From Psychrobium sp. MM17-31 (GTDB lineage: Bacteria; Pseudomonadota; Gammaproteobacteria; Enterobacterales; Psychrobiaceae), in assembly GCF_022347785.1 (NCBI RefSeq), contig NZ_JAKRGA010000005.1, forward strand, positions 163,519 through 227,518: DNA of 64,000 bases, written 5' to 3'. The translations under genes were made by a program, and so were the position numbers. The notes beneath the pieces are model-generated. The model was not told the DNA's origin. It ran no database searches and was given only the letters and a program-made list of their open reading frames with translations. Shown here piece by piece: positions 8,588 to 18,985 of this stretch; the first letter of the stretch is position 1, and the number at the start of each line of letters is the position of its first letter.

Positions 8588-11230
8588 ATGTTTAAAACAT
8601 TTTTAGTCGCTGTATTATTTTTAATCTCAATTCAATCACTTGCATCAGACACTACGTTTGACGAGTTCTTTCGTCCGTATAGTCTGCCAACGCTATTAAT
8701 CTCTCCTGACGATGGCAAGATAGTCGATGCCAATGATGCGGCGATAGTATTTTATGGTTATTCGCGCAAAGAGTTTCAAAACATCTCCATTCAAGACGTT
8801 AATTTACTTAGCGCGGAACAGGTGGCTACAGAGCGTCAAGCAGCCAAGTTAGAAAACCGTAACTACTTCATTTTTAGACATAAGATGGCTGATGGTTCGA
8901 TAAAAACTGTTCAAGTTTATTCATCGCCTATTATCGTCAAAAACCGAAAATTACTCTTTTCTACTATCCGAGATATTTCATCGCAGCGCCAATTAGAACA
9001 GGAGTTATGGCACTACCAAGACAATCTCGAAACTATGGTAGACAAACAAATTGAAGTCATTAGGGCGCAAAACAAAAAGCAATTCTTCTATCTTTTTCTC
9101 GGTATTACGCTTCTTATTATCTGTGTCACCGTATTGCTTTATTTGTTGAGCCGCAAAAAAAGCGCCGAGAATCGCATCAAAACCCTGTCACAAATTGTAG
9201 AGCAAAGTCCGATTGCCATCGCCACTATTGATGACAAAGGGCGCATTAGTTATGGCAATAGCCAATTTGAAGAGCAATATAGTGAGCGTTGCCAACAATC
9301 AATTATTAATCAACCATTTATTGATTTATACGCGGACTCGGGTGACAACGCAGACGAATTAGCCTTTTCAATGCGAGGCGGAATAAGTTGGCAAGGTGAA
9401 CTAGGTAGCGAGTTAGACACAATTTTTGAACGCTGGGAAATGCTCAATGTCTTTCCACTATCCAACGCCGCCAATAAGACTGAATACGTGGTGATTAGTC
9501 GTGATGTCAGCCTACTCAAAGAAAACGAAAAGCAGCTGCGCTTGGCCTCGACGGTTTTCCACACTGCGACTGAAGCGGTGATGATTTGTAATAACAAACA
9601 AGAAATCCTCGCTATTAATCAGGCATTTACTGAAATAACAGGCTTTAGCGAACAAGAAACCATTGGTAAGACGCCGACTATTTTGCGTTCTGGCCACCAC
9701 GACCAAGGCTTTTACAACTCGATGATTCGCGAGCTAAAACGCAATGGTAGCTGGCAAGGTGAAGTGAGTAATCGACGTAAAAGCGGCGAGCTATATTACG
9801 AGTGGCTGGCGATTACTGCGCTGTGTAATCCGCAAGGGGAAATTGAGGCTTATGTTGGGCTGTTTAGCGATATTACTAAGCGTAAGAAAGCCGAAGATAA
9901 GATTTATCATCAAGCAAATTACGATGCGCTGACCGGGCTCGCCAATCGCAATATGTTTTCAGACCGTTTAGTTCACGCGCTTGATGTAGCCAGCCACAAT
10001 CAAAGTAAGCTCGCTTTACTTTTCATCGATTTAGATGGCTTTAAGCAAGTAAACGATAACTTAGGCCATTCACAAGGTGATATCTTATTGCAGCAAGTGA
10101 GTGAGCGTATTACTGCCTGCGTGACTAGCTCGAATATGGTGTCGCGATTAGGTGGCGACGAGTTTGCGATTATTTTCACCGAGCCTGCCGAGGTCGATAC
10201 AGTGGAAGATATCACTAACGACATCATCCAAGAAATAGCGCGCCCTTATGATCTCAATGGCCACAAAGCCTATATCACGGCGAGTATTGGTATCGCAGTG
10301 TGTCCCGACGACGGCGACAATGCGGAAGAGCTGCTCACCAAAGCCGATAGCGCGATGTATAAAGCCAAGGCTAATGGCCGTAATAAATTCCAGTTCTTTA
10401 CCAAAGAAATGGATGAGGAAGCGCAAAATCGCCGTACTCTGATGGGCGAATTGCGCGAAGCGGTTCACAACGAAGATTTTGAGGTGTGGTTTCAGCCGAT
10501 TCATCACTGCCAAAGCACGCAATTGGAATATACCGAAGCCCTTGTCCGCTGGCGTCACCCAATTAAAGGTATCATAGCGCCGATTCACTTTATTCCGCTG
10601 GCCGAAGAGATGGGGTTAATAAACGCCATTGGCCATCAGGTATTAAAACAAGCTTGTCGCACTGCCGCTGACTGGCAATCGACATTAGCCTATGCGCCAG
10701 GTGTCGCGGTGAATGTGTCGTCGTTGCAGTTCCAGCAGCCAAACTTTGTTGAGCAGGTGACTGACGTATTACGCGAAACGGGCCTAGCGCCAAATAAGCT
10801 TATTTTAGAAATCACCGAAAGCTTGTTAATTGCCGACGATGAGCAAGTGTTTTCGCAGTTAACCGAGCTGCGCCGCTTGGGCATTAACATTAGCCTCGAT
10901 GATTTTGGCACCGGCTATTCGTCGCTGAGTTATCTCAAGCGCTTCCCTGTCAATAAGCTGAAAATCGACCGCAGCTTTGTCAAAGATATCGAGCCACACA
11001 ATACAGATACTCGCCTGATTAACGCGATAGTATCGATGGCTAAGAGTCTGCAAATGGAAGTGGTGGCCGAAGGTGTAGAAACCGATTTTCAGCTGCGACA
11101 ATTACACTATCTCGGCTGCGATTTAGTGCAAGGCTATGTCTATAGCAAGCCGCTTTCACCGCCAGCAATCAGTGACTATTTACAGTCGTTGCAAACGGTG
11201 AATGCAGCAGCACAGCAAAAAGATAGTTAG
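8588..11230 (+). CDS. Membrane-anchored PAS-GGDEF-EAL protein (c-di-GMP cyclase/phosphodiesterase)
   Basis: The GGDEF motif RLGGDEFAI, the EAL motif EALVRW and DDFGTGYSSLSYL are all present. A signal/TM segment is followed by a periplasmic region, a second TM and PAS repeats. The track ORF starts at a TTG at 8516. The ATG at 8588 (MFKTFLVAV...) is preferred. Confidence 0.85.
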   Translation: MFKTFLVAVLFLISIQSLASDTTFDEFFRPYSLPTLLISPDDGKIVDANDAAIVFYGYSRKEFQNISIQDVNLLSAEQVATERQAAKLENRNYFIFRHKMADGSIKTVQVYSSPIIVKNRKLLFSTIRDISSQRQLEQELWHYQDNLETMVDKQIEVIRAQNKKQFFYLFLGITLLIICVTVLLYLLSRKKSAENRIKTLSQIVEQSPIAIATIDDKGRISYGNSQFEEQYSERCQQSIINQPFIDLYADSGDNADELAFSMRGGISWQGELGSELDTIFERWEMLNVFPLSNAANKTEYVVISRDVSLLKENEKQLRLASTVFHTATEAVMICNNKQEILAINQAFTEITGFSEQETIGKTPTILRSGHHDQGFYNSMIRELKRNGSWQGEVSNRRKSGELYYEWLAITALCNPQGEIEAYVGLFSDITKRKKAEDKIYHQANYDALTGLANRNMFSDRLVHALDVASHNQSKLALLFIDLDGFKQVNDNLGHSQGDILLQQVSERITACVTSSNMVSRLGGDEFAIIFTEPAEVDTVEDITNDIIQEIARPYDLNGHKAYITASIGIAVCPDDGDNAEELLTKADSAMYKAKANGRNKFQFFTKEMDEEAQNRRTLMGELREAVHNEDFEVWFQPIHHCQSTQLEYTEALVRWRHPIKGIIAPIHFIPLAEEMGLINAIGHQVLKQACRTAADWQSTLAYAPGVAVNVSSLQFQQPNFVEQVTDVLRETGLAPNKLILEITESLLIADDEQVFSQLTELRRLGINISLDDFGTGYSSLSYLKRFPVNKLKIDRSFVKDIEPHNTDTRLINAIVSMAKSLQMEVVAEGVETDFQLRQLHYLGCDLVQGYVYSKPLSPPAISDYLQSLQTVNAAAQQKDS

Positions 11231-11232
11231 CG

Positions 11233-13383
11233 TTAAAACTGTCCCGTTAGTGTTAGGGTGTAGCGCGGCGTTCTATCGTAAGTTCGTCGCTCATATCTCG
11301 ATGGTTCATTCGCCGTAAACAGTCCCGGATAACGCACACGGTTTAGCGTTGATTTGCGCTGAAGTAAGTTCTCTGCCAGCAATCTTATTTTTAGGCTTTG
11401 ATTGATTTTATAGTCCACGGTCGCACTGGCGATGGGATCTTGCGTGCGGCTGGCTTGATAATCGAATCGCGAATACTTGTAATCACTTTGCTGACTCACC
11501 GACGCGCTCACCGATAATCCCGGCAATATGTCGTTTTGGTCGATCTTTAGATTCCAATCACTATCACTCAAGCTTTCAATCTCGGTGCTTTGTCCGGTAA
11601 ACGGATGAATCATTTGGCTATTGCGCCATGTGTGCTCAACGCTAATCACGGTATTTTTTAGGCCAATCGCATTCAAATCGAAGTTGCTATTGAGCGTTAC
11701 ACCATATTCTTTGGCATCATCGATGTTGCCAGCTCCTGAATGGGCGACGAGTGGAATCTCGGTAATTAAGTCGCTAATACGGTGATAATAAGGGGTAACG
11801 CTAATGCTGCCATTTGCCGTTTGCCATTGTTTTTCAAAGGTAAATGAGAGTTCATCACGCACTTCTGGTTTGAGATTTGGATTGGTTTCTTCAAGCCGTG
11901 TTTCTTCGCGATTAAATCCCGGCACAAAATCATCGAGATTTAGTTGGCTGACGGTTCGCTCTAAGTTAAAGCGCAGTTGATGGGTGTCGTCAAAGTCATA
12001 ACGCACATTAAAACGCGGCTTGAGATAGTTAAAGGTTCGGGTCGATTCACTGGCCACTTGGTTGCGGGTTTCTGTTTCCAACAGGTAGTTTGTCGCCACA
12101 TCCATGGTTGAGCGCTCAAACACCAGTGAGCCTTGAATATTTAGCGCTGACGAAGCGGCAAAATTGTAGTGAACAAATCCTTCATAGCGTGTCTCTTCAA
12201 TATCGTTGATCTCAGTTGAGCGATATGGCGCGTTAATCTGGCTGTCGAACTGCAGTTTTTCATCGCGACTATTTATCGCCAGTTCCAGTCCAGAATCAAA
12301 GGAGTGACGATTGTCTAGCTGATGTTTCCAGTTGCCTCGCAATACGTTTTCTTTGGCGGTGTAGTGTCGTGGCAAGGTGTAATTTGGAGATCGCGAATCG
12401 TCTTCCAAAATAAACAGCCGCGCTAAATCGTCAGTCGCCGTCAGTTCGTTGCTAATGAATAACAGTTTAAGATGATTTTTAGCATTTAACTGATGACTAA
12501 CATCACCGCTAACTTCCCACTTTTCTCTATCATTATCAAAGGCTAATACAAATTTATCGCGTTGATTAAGCGTCCACTTATCATGGGTTGATATAAACTC
12601 GGCATCGACATAGTTTTTTTCGTATAGCGCACTCACCTGCGCTGCCGTTTGCGGCGTCGCGCTGTATTCTACCTTGGCAGTTAATTGATCTTGTTGATAC
12701 CAATTGTGACGATTACCAATCTTGGTATCAGTGAGCGTTTTGTCTGGCGCGCTAAAGTAATCTTTGATCCACAGATTAGTCGGGCTCATGCTGTGATTGA
12801 GCCCTAAGCGATATTTAATATCTCCCGCAGCCGCGCTATACACCACAGAAAATTCTGGCTTGGCGCTAATTCCTTCTGCCTTGATGCCAGCCAAAGTCCA
12901 CAACACCGATGACTCAATCGTTTGTTTTAAAACAACATTAATGATTAATCCATTACTTTGCACATCGAGATCTGAACGCGTACCGCGAATAAGCTCAATG
13001 TAGTCAACATCGCGCGCTTGAATATTGCTAAGCTCCTTTTGAATGCTATTTTCTTTGCCGGAGATACGCTTGTTGTTAATCAGAATTTGGTCGCCACTAG
13101 AACCAAAACCACGGCTCTGCTCAGCATTTTTCATGGCGACGATAATGCTATTAGCACCGGGTGTTTTTTCTAACATGTCATAGAGTGTTTGCGGCGAGAA
13201 TTCATGGAAAAATTCAGCGCGATAAGTATCGATAGCGGCATTATTTTCTGTTGTATTGGTGTTGGCCTGTGCTACACCACTGCTAAGAGCCATTGCTACC
13301 AACAAACCTTTAAAAAGATTTTTGTGCTGCCTTGAGGTCATGCTTATCGGCAATGAGTTAGCTGAGTATTTTTGATTAAACAT
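11233..13383 (-). CDS. TonB-dependent outer-membrane receptor
   Basis: The 716-aa ORF has a signal peptide ending in AQA, a plug/barrel-like composition and a C-terminal aromatic residue (...LTGQF). Confidence 0.8.
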   Translation of the reverse strand: MFNQKYSANSLPISMTSRQHKNLFKGLLVAMALSSGVAQANTNTTENNAAIDTYRAEFFHEFSPQTLYDMLEKTPGANSIIVAMKNAEQSRGFGSSGDQILINNKRISGKENSIQKELSNIQARDVDYIELIRGTRSDLDVQSNGLIINVVLKQTIESSVLWTLAGIKAEGISAKPEFSVVYSAAAGDIKYRLGLNHSMSPTNLWIKDYFSAPDKTLTDTKIGNRHNWYQQDQLTAKVEYSATPQTAAQVSALYEKNYVDAEFISTHDKWTLNQRDKFVLAFDNDREKWEVSGDVSHQLNAKNHLKLLFISNELTATDDLARLFILEDDSRSPNYTLPRHYTAKENVLRGNWKHQLDNRHSFDSGLELAINSRDEKLQFDSQINAPYRSTEINDIEETRYEGFVHYNFAASSALNIQGSLVFERSTMDVATNYLLETETRNQVASESTRTFNYLKPRFNVRYDFDDTHQLRFNLERTVSQLNLDDFVPGFNREETRLEETNPNLKPEVRDELSFTFEKQWQTANGSISVTPYYHRISDLITEIPLVAHSGAGNIDDAKEYGVTLNSNFDLNAIGLKNTVISVEHTWRNSQMIHPFTGQSTEIESLSDSDWNLKIDQNDILPGLSVSASVSQQSDYKYSRFDYQASRTQDPIASATVDYKINQSLKIRLLAENLLQRKSTLNRVRYPGLFTANEPSRYERRTYDRTPRYTLTLTGQF

Positions 13384-13549
13384 CGCGTAAATCCTTTAAT
13401 TAATTCGAGTTAATCATAGGGACGACGCAATGAGGCAAGTAGACACACAACGTAAAAATAACGCCTTGAATGTTTTACAAAAGTTTACATTGGAGCGAAT
13501 AGAGTCTTTGGTATATTCTCTTTGAGTTAATGACCGGGGTTGGCAAACG

Positions 13550-14245
13550 ATGGATATAAAACCGACTATTTTAATTGTTGAAGATGAGCCTAATATTTTA
13601 CGAGGTTTAACCGATCTCTTTATTTTTCATGGTTTTAATGTAGAAAGCGAAACCGATGGCCAGAAGGGTTTAGAGCGAGCGTTAGCAGGTCAGCACGCCT
13701 GTATCATCTTAGATGTAATGCTGCCCTCAATCGATGGTTTTCAGATCTGTGACGCGATTAGACAGCACTCACAAACTCAGCCGATTCTAATGCTCACCGC
13801 CAAGAACACCGAGCAAGACGTTATCAATGGTTTAACCCTAGGCGCCGACGATTACTTAGCAAAGCCCTTTTCAACTGCAGAGTTAGTGTTGCGAGTGACC
13901 GCGTTAATCAGACGTTCGGGAATGACGGCTAATGAATCGCAGCTGGTGATTAATGAACATGTGAATATTTGCACTCAAAAGCTAACGGGCGTGTCGTATC
14001 AAAAAGCCATGAAATACACTCGCCGTGAAGTCGCCATTTTGAGCTATCTCAAGCAAAAGCAGACGCCTGTTTCCCGCGAGGAATTGCTCAAACAAGTCTG
14101 GGATTACAAATCCACCGACCATTTAGATACGCGAACCGTCGACATTCACATTGCTAAACTGAGAAAGAAAATCGAAAGCGATCCAAAATCGCCACGGCAC
14201 TTGGTGACATTTAGAGGTGAGGGGTATCAATTATTAATTGGTTAA
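13550..14245 (+). CDS. OmpR/PhoB-family response regulator
   Basis: It has a receiver domain (ILIVEDE...DVMLP) and a C-terminal winged-helix domain. Confidence 0.9.
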   Translation: MDIKPTILIVEDEPNILRGLTDLFIFHGFNVESETDGQKGLERALAGQHACIILDVMLPSIDGFQICDAIRQHSQTQPILMLTAKNTEQDVINGLTLGADDYLAKPFSTAELVLRVTALIRRSGMTANESQLVINEHVNICTQKLTGVSYQKAMKYTRREVAILSYLKQKQTPVSREELLKQVWDYKSTDHLDTRTVDIHIAKLRKKIESDPKSPRHLVTFRGEGYQLLIG

Positions 14246-14325
14246 CTCGCAATATCAAGCTGTTAGTCAATAATAAACAGCTTCTTAATTATCAACAACG
14301 AATCAAACGATTACGTATTTTAACC

Positions 14326-16005
14326 TTGGTGTTTTTCGCCTTGTTATTTACCCCTGCCTGCTTGATTTCGCTCGCTGCATACACTCAGTTTGCACAAGAG
14401 CAACTGACACAATACCAGCAGCAAAGCGACAAGATGTCGGCGGCGATTAACAAGCGACTATTCAAACGAAGAACCCTGCCCAACACCATCAGGTATAGCG
14501 AATTTAGTTACATTCAGCATATTTACAATCCACAGACCAAGCAGCTGACCCAAGAATTATCACCGCTTGCCGATCCGCAATATTATCAACACGCCGATGG
14601 ACTAGTCGGCTATTTCCAGATCGACCCCGATGTTGGCTTTAGTAGCCCAACTTGGCCCTTTGTAATTGATAGCCCCGAAGATCAACAGGCAATAACGGCA
14701 TCAACTAACGCGTCATCGAAGGCCCAACGCGAGAAAATAGCGACCTTACAACGCATCGTCAGCAGCTCGTCGAAAGTTACGCAGTTATCAGAATCTGGTG
14801 CAATGAAAGAGAAAGAATTATTTCAATTAGTCACCGATGTGCCTGATTACTTTATCTTTTATCGCATTATTAAGATGAATGAACGACTGGTAATGCAAGG
14901 CTACGTGGTGGATAAACACGCCTTTGTCAGTCCTGCAATCATCGATACCATGAATATTGCGCAGTTTGATAAGCCAATGAGCATTCTGGTGCAGGATATA
15001 CAGCAAAACCAAGGGGCATATCTTTTTTCTCGCCGCAATCAGCAAAGCGACATCGAAATTACTCTGTTAACTAGTACGGCGGAAATGGCACAGCAACAGC
15101 TCATCAAGCGCGCCAAGCTAAACTATCCCTATACCGACTTCCAGTTATCTTATATCACGTCTCAATTAGCGCCATCAGCCAACGCCAATTACGGTTTAGC
15201 GCTTATGGCGGTGTTATTGATAACGATAATCTTCGGCTGTTTCGGCTTTTATCGCATCGGCGCACAACAATTGGCGTTAGCAGAACAGCGGCTTAACTTT
15301 GTGTCATCGGTAAGTCACGAGCTAAAAACCCCCCTCACTTCAATTCGAATGTATGCAGAAATGCTAAGTATGGGCGCGGTGTTGTCCAAAGAGCACCAAG
15401 CGGAATATTACGAATTTATTCAAAGCGAAAGCGAGCGCTTGTCGCGTTTGATCGACAATATTTTACAGCTAGCGACACTAAATCAGCCCGAGCGAAGCAT
15501 CAATTTGCAATATGTTAAGGCACCGATTCTCGCCGATACCATACGCTCCAAGCTGTCGTCGCTGTTGGACAACAATCAGTTTGAATTAGTAATTTCACCG
15601 CTTACAGACAAGCTGAAAACGACTGACGTATTAGTCGATAGCGATGCATTTTCGCAAGTCATCATCAACATTGCCGACAACGCGGTTAAGTTTTTTGACC
15701 GTGAAAAAATTAATGACAAGTCGCGCCAACGCCTCGATTTTAATTTCAGTCTTATCGCTGATAACCAACTGCAACTAGAAATTCGCGATTACGGCGACGG
15801 CATTAGCGCGGAACAACAACAGAAAATCTTCGAGCTGTTCTATCGCGGCGGCAGCGAACTGACCCGCACCACCCAAGGCACAGGCATCGGCTTAGCACTA
15901 GTCAATGAACTTATGGCCGCCCAGCAAGGAAGTATTCAAGTAAAACGTATGACTCCGGGGTTGGCGATGATAATTAGCTTCAACGTAAAAACACATCAAA
16001 TGTAA
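14326..16005 (+). CDS. Sensor histidine kinase with periplasmic sensor domain
   Basis: Two TM segments flank a periplasmic region of about 270 aa. The H-box is SHELKTPLTSIRMYAEML and the HATPase G-box is GTGIGLALV. Confidence 0.85.
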   Translation: MVFFALLFTPACLISLAAYTQFAQEQLTQYQQQSDKMSAAINKRLFKRRTLPNTIRYSEFSYIQHIYNPQTKQLTQELSPLADPQYYQHADGLVGYFQIDPDVGFSSPTWPFVIDSPEDQQAITASTNASSKAQREKIATLQRIVSSSSKVTQLSESGAMKEKELFQLVTDVPDYFIFYRIIKMNERLVMQGYVVDKHAFVSPAIIDTMNIAQFDKPMSILVQDIQQNQGAYLFSRRNQQSDIEITLLTSTAEMAQQQLIKRAKLNYPYTDFQLSYITSQLAPSANANYGLALMAVLLITIIFGCFGFYRIGAQQLALAEQRLNFVSSVSHELKTPLTSIRMYAEMLSMGAVLSKEHQAEYYEFIQSESERLSRLIDNILQLATLNQPERSINLQYVKAPILADTIRSKLSSLLDNNQFELVISPLTDKLKTTDVLVDSDAFSQVIINIADNAVKFFDREKINDKSRQRLDFNFSLIADNQLQLEIRDYGDGISAEQQQKIFELFYRGGSELTRTTQGTGIGLALVNELMAAQQGSIQVKRMTPGLAMIISFNVKTHQM

Positions 16006-16114
16006 GCAATTGTAATAAAACGTAAAGAGGATTACATTCACACTACAATTCAAACACATTTTCCCGCAAACGTCCTGCGTACAATGATCTCACCTTACAA
16101 GGAAGGAGATCATT

Positions 16115-16390
16115 ATGACGATAGAAAATTCATTAAAGGCCATTCTCGCTGGCTTACTAAACCTAAATTCCAACGACTTAGGAACTGATTCGCCCCTGCT
16201 TGGGCATTATCCAGAACTTGATTCGATGGGAATCATGACGTTGCTGATGGAAATTGAGGCAGCATTTAGCATCAATATCAACAACATCGAATTAACAGCT
16301 GACAACTTCGAAAGTTTTGGCGCTTTGCTCAGCTGCGTTAAATCTTCAGCAAATGTAAGGCAGGTTGAACATGAAGTATCAATTTGCTGA
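16115..16390 (+). CDS. Acyl/aminoacyl carrier protein (phosphopantetheine-binding)
   Basis: The 91-aa ORF has the Ser attachment motif ELDSMGIMTLLMEIEAAF. A strong SD (AAGGAGAT) precedes it. Confidence 0.75.
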   Translation: MTIENSLKAILAGLLNLNSNDLGTDSPLLGHYPELDSMGIMTLLMEIEAAFSININNIELTADNFESFGALLSCVKSSANVRQVEHEVSIC

Positions 16391-17204
16391 TCTCATTATT
16401 CGATCGTTTCTATTTGTTTTAACTCGCTTTAGTCGAGCGAGTCGACAAAGGTTTATCAATGCGATTACACCGCTGATATTAAAGCTAGCCAGTAAAACCA
16501 AGCGCAGAGCATTCGATAACATTACAAATGCAATGCCCCATTTAACTGCCGAGCAAGCCGATGATTTAGTCTTAGCATCGTACAAAGTCATCGCTTACGG
16601 TGTTTTGGAGTGTTTTTGGCTTGATGAATTAGAGGTCGATATAAAATGCGACGAAAACACCCTGCGCTTATTAAATAATCCTGCAGGTGTTAGCGTAGCA
16701 ACCATGCATATGAGTTGCTACGAGTTAGCACCTTTGGCGATTAACAAAATTGTCGGTTCTGTAACTACACTTTCAAAACTGCCTAAATTTATGCCGTCAG
16801 CAGCAGCAATTTATCAAAAAGCTAATATCAGCGTGATCGATAAAAATGCCCCTAATTCGTTATTTCATCTGCTTGGTGCCGCACGTCAAGGTGCTGCGGT
16901 TTGTTTACATGCCGATCATTACTCCAAAGAAGTGGATGTCACCTTCTTTGGCAGATCCACAAAGGCACCAAGCGGCTCAGCGATCATCTCAGCTTACAGC
17001 AAAGTACCTCTACTACTGTGCTATCCAGTACTGAATGACGATGGTAAATACACGGTGTATTTTGAAACCATTGTCGATTCTTATGTCGATAACAATCCAG
17101 TCGCCATCTCACAAGCAATAAATACCATTTATCAACGCTTTGAAGCCATTATTTTAAAGCATCCGACACAGTGGTATTGGTCGTACAATCGCTGGAGGCA
17201 ATAA
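16365..17204 (+). CDS. Lysophospholipid/lipid A acyltransferase family protein (LpxL/HtrB-like)
   Basis: The 279-aa ORF has an N-terminal hydrophobic segment and a candidate HX4E motif (HMSCYE). Its start overlaps the carrier-protein gene by 26 nt. Its stop abuts the ABC gene ATG, which has a GGAGG SD. Confidence 0.6.
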   Translation: MNMKYQFADLIIRSFLFVLTRFSRASRQRFINAITPLILKLASKTKRRAFDNITNAMPHLTAEQADDLVLASYKVIAYGVLECFWLDELEVDIKCDENTLRLLNNPAGVSVATMHMSCYELAPLAINKIVGSVTTLSKLPKFMPSAAAIYQKANISVIDKNAPNSLFHLLGAARQGAAVCLHADHYSKEVDVTFFGRSTKAPSGSAIISAYSKVPLLLCYPVLNDDGKYTVYFETIVDSYVDNNPVAISQAINTIYQRFEAIILKHPTQWYWSYNRWRQ

Positions 17205-18977
17205 ATGGAACAGCAAGAACCATTACCTACGTCTCAGCGCCTCATTCGATATTTTTATCCCTATAAGGTGTTTGTTGCGATTGCGTTAATCGCCACCTTG
17301 CTATTCAGTGTGATCGACGCTGGCATGATTTATTTTGTCAAACCTTTAATTGACCAAGGACTCGCTAAAGCTGACAGTGACACACTGGTACTCGGTGCTT
17401 TTTTAGTTATCTTGATTTTTGTTCTTCGCGGTATCACGAGCATTATATCTAGCATGGCTGTCAGTTATATCAGCACTCAAATTACCTTTGTATTGCGTCA
17501 GCAGGCATTTGAAAAGCTTCAATCACTCCCTGTCAGGTTCTTTGATCAACACAATACAGGCAGTGTGATTTCGAAAATAACCTACGACACCGAACAAGTC
17601 TCTTCAGCTACATCAAATGCGATTGTAGTGATGGTTAGAGAGTTGATGATTGTATGTGTTTTATTGGCGTTGATGATTTATACCAGCTGGCAACTGTCAC
17701 TCATATTTCTAATTATTGGCCCTTCAATCGCCTATATTATTGCGCTTGCGTCGCGGCGCTTTAAAAATATCAGCAGCGCGCAACAACACTCGATGGGCGT
17801 TATCACTCAACAGGCCGAGCAAGCAATTTTGAGCCACCAAGAAGTGTTAGCCTTTAATCATGGCCATCAGCTGTCTGAACAATTTAAACAGGCCAATAAT
17901 CGCAACCGACAGCACGCATTCAAATTAGCTGCAACCAGTGCCATAAGTAATCCGATTATCCAACTGCTAGCCGCTAGTGCTATTGCCATCATCTTGTTGC
18001 TCGCCAGTATCGAACAAGTCTTGTCTACCCTTACACCCGGTACGTTCATGATGTTGCTATTTGCGATGGGATCATTACTTAGGCCACTCAAGCAACTATC
18101 ATCCATTAACCAACAGCTGCAAAAAGGGTTAGCAGGTGCAACAAGTGTATTTGCTTTTATTGATCTGGACGACGAAATAGACGTCGGAAAGCTAGCACTA
18201 ACAGGGACAACACATACAATCTCAATTAAGGATTTAACTTTCCGATATAATCTGGATAGCCCACGTCCAGCGCTCGGTGAGTTTTCGGCAACCATTGACC
18301 CAGGTAAAACAGTTGCCTTGGTCGGCAGTTCCGGCAGCGGAAAGTCAACACTCGCCAAATTATTACTCCGCTTCTACGAGCCACCACCACAGAGTATTTT
18401 CATCAATGACGTGCCAATTGAACATTATCAACTAAAGGCACTGCGTTCACAGTGTTCACTCGTTTCTCAGTCGGTGATCCTTATTGATGACACGCTAGCT
18501 AACAACATTCGTTTTGGTTGTGATTATCCAGTCACAAGAAAAGCGATTGAAGAAGCAGCACGAGCAGCAAACGTAATGGCTTTTGCCAATTCAATGGAGC
18601 ATGGCTTAGACACTTACATTGGTGAAAACGGCAAACTACTGTCCGGTGGTCAACGTCAACGAATTGCGATAGCGAGAGCGTTTTTGCGCAATGCACCTAT
18701 TGTCATTTTAGATGAAGCAACCTCGGCACTCGATACCCAATCAGAGCTGTTGATTCAACGGTCATTGTCAGAGCTAACAGCAAATAAAACAGTGCTAATC
18801 ATTGCTCATCGACTATCGACGGTAAAAGATGCAGACACAATTCTAGTCATGAATGAAGGGGCAATTGTCGAACGTGGCACACACCAAACACTCATGATGA
18901 CCAAAGGTCATTATTACGATCTTTTCCTCAATTCGACACCAGCGAATAAATCAACAGACAACGCAACAAACTATTGA
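17205..18977 (+). CDS. ABC exporter, fused permease/ATPase (MsbA-like)
   Basis: It has a six-TM N-terminal domain, Walker A (GSSGSGKST), the ABC signature LSGGQRQRIAIARA and Walker B (ILDEATSALD). Confidence 0.85.
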   Translation: MEQQEPLPTSQRLIRYFYPYKVFVAIALIATLLFSVIDAGMIYFVKPLIDQGLAKADSDTLVLGAFLVILIFVLRGITSIISSMAVSYISTQITFVLRQQAFEKLQSLPVRFFDQHNTGSVISKITYDTEQVSSATSNAIVVMVRELMIVCVLLALMIYTSWQLSLIFLIIGPSIAYIIALASRRFKNISSAQQHSMGVITQQAEQAILSHQEVLAFNHGHQLSEQFKQANNRNRQHAFKLAATSAISNPIIQLLAASAIAIILLLASIEQVLSTLTPGTFMMLLFAMGSLLRPLKQLSSINQQLQKGLAGATSVFAFIDLDDEIDVGKLALTGTTHTISIKDLTFRYNLDSPRPALGEFSATIDPGKTVALVGSSGSGKSTLAKLLLRFYEPPPQSIFINDVPIEHYQLKALRSQCSLVSQSVILIDDTLANNIRFGCDYPVTRKAIEEAARAANVMAFANSMEHGLDTYIGENGKLLSGGQRQRIAIARAFLRNAPIVILDEATSALDTQSELLIQRSLSELTANKTVLIIAHRLSTVKDADTILVMNEGAIVERGTHQTLMMTKGHYYDLFLNSTPANKSTDNATNY

Positions 18978-18985
18978 GAATAACT

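Noticed and set aside
9310-11101. Several 60-146-aa minus-strand ORFs inside the GGDEF-EAL gene (9310..9597, 9512..9706, 10000..10227, 10148..10588, 10590..10793, 10690..10911, 10859..11101)
   Set aside because: They are antisense shadow ORFs within a gene that has clear GGDEF and EAL motifs. None has an SD or recognisable domain.
17867-18358. 163-aa minus-strand ORF inside the ABC exporter gene
   Set aside because: It is a shadow frame antisense to the Walker A region of a confidently called ABC gene.
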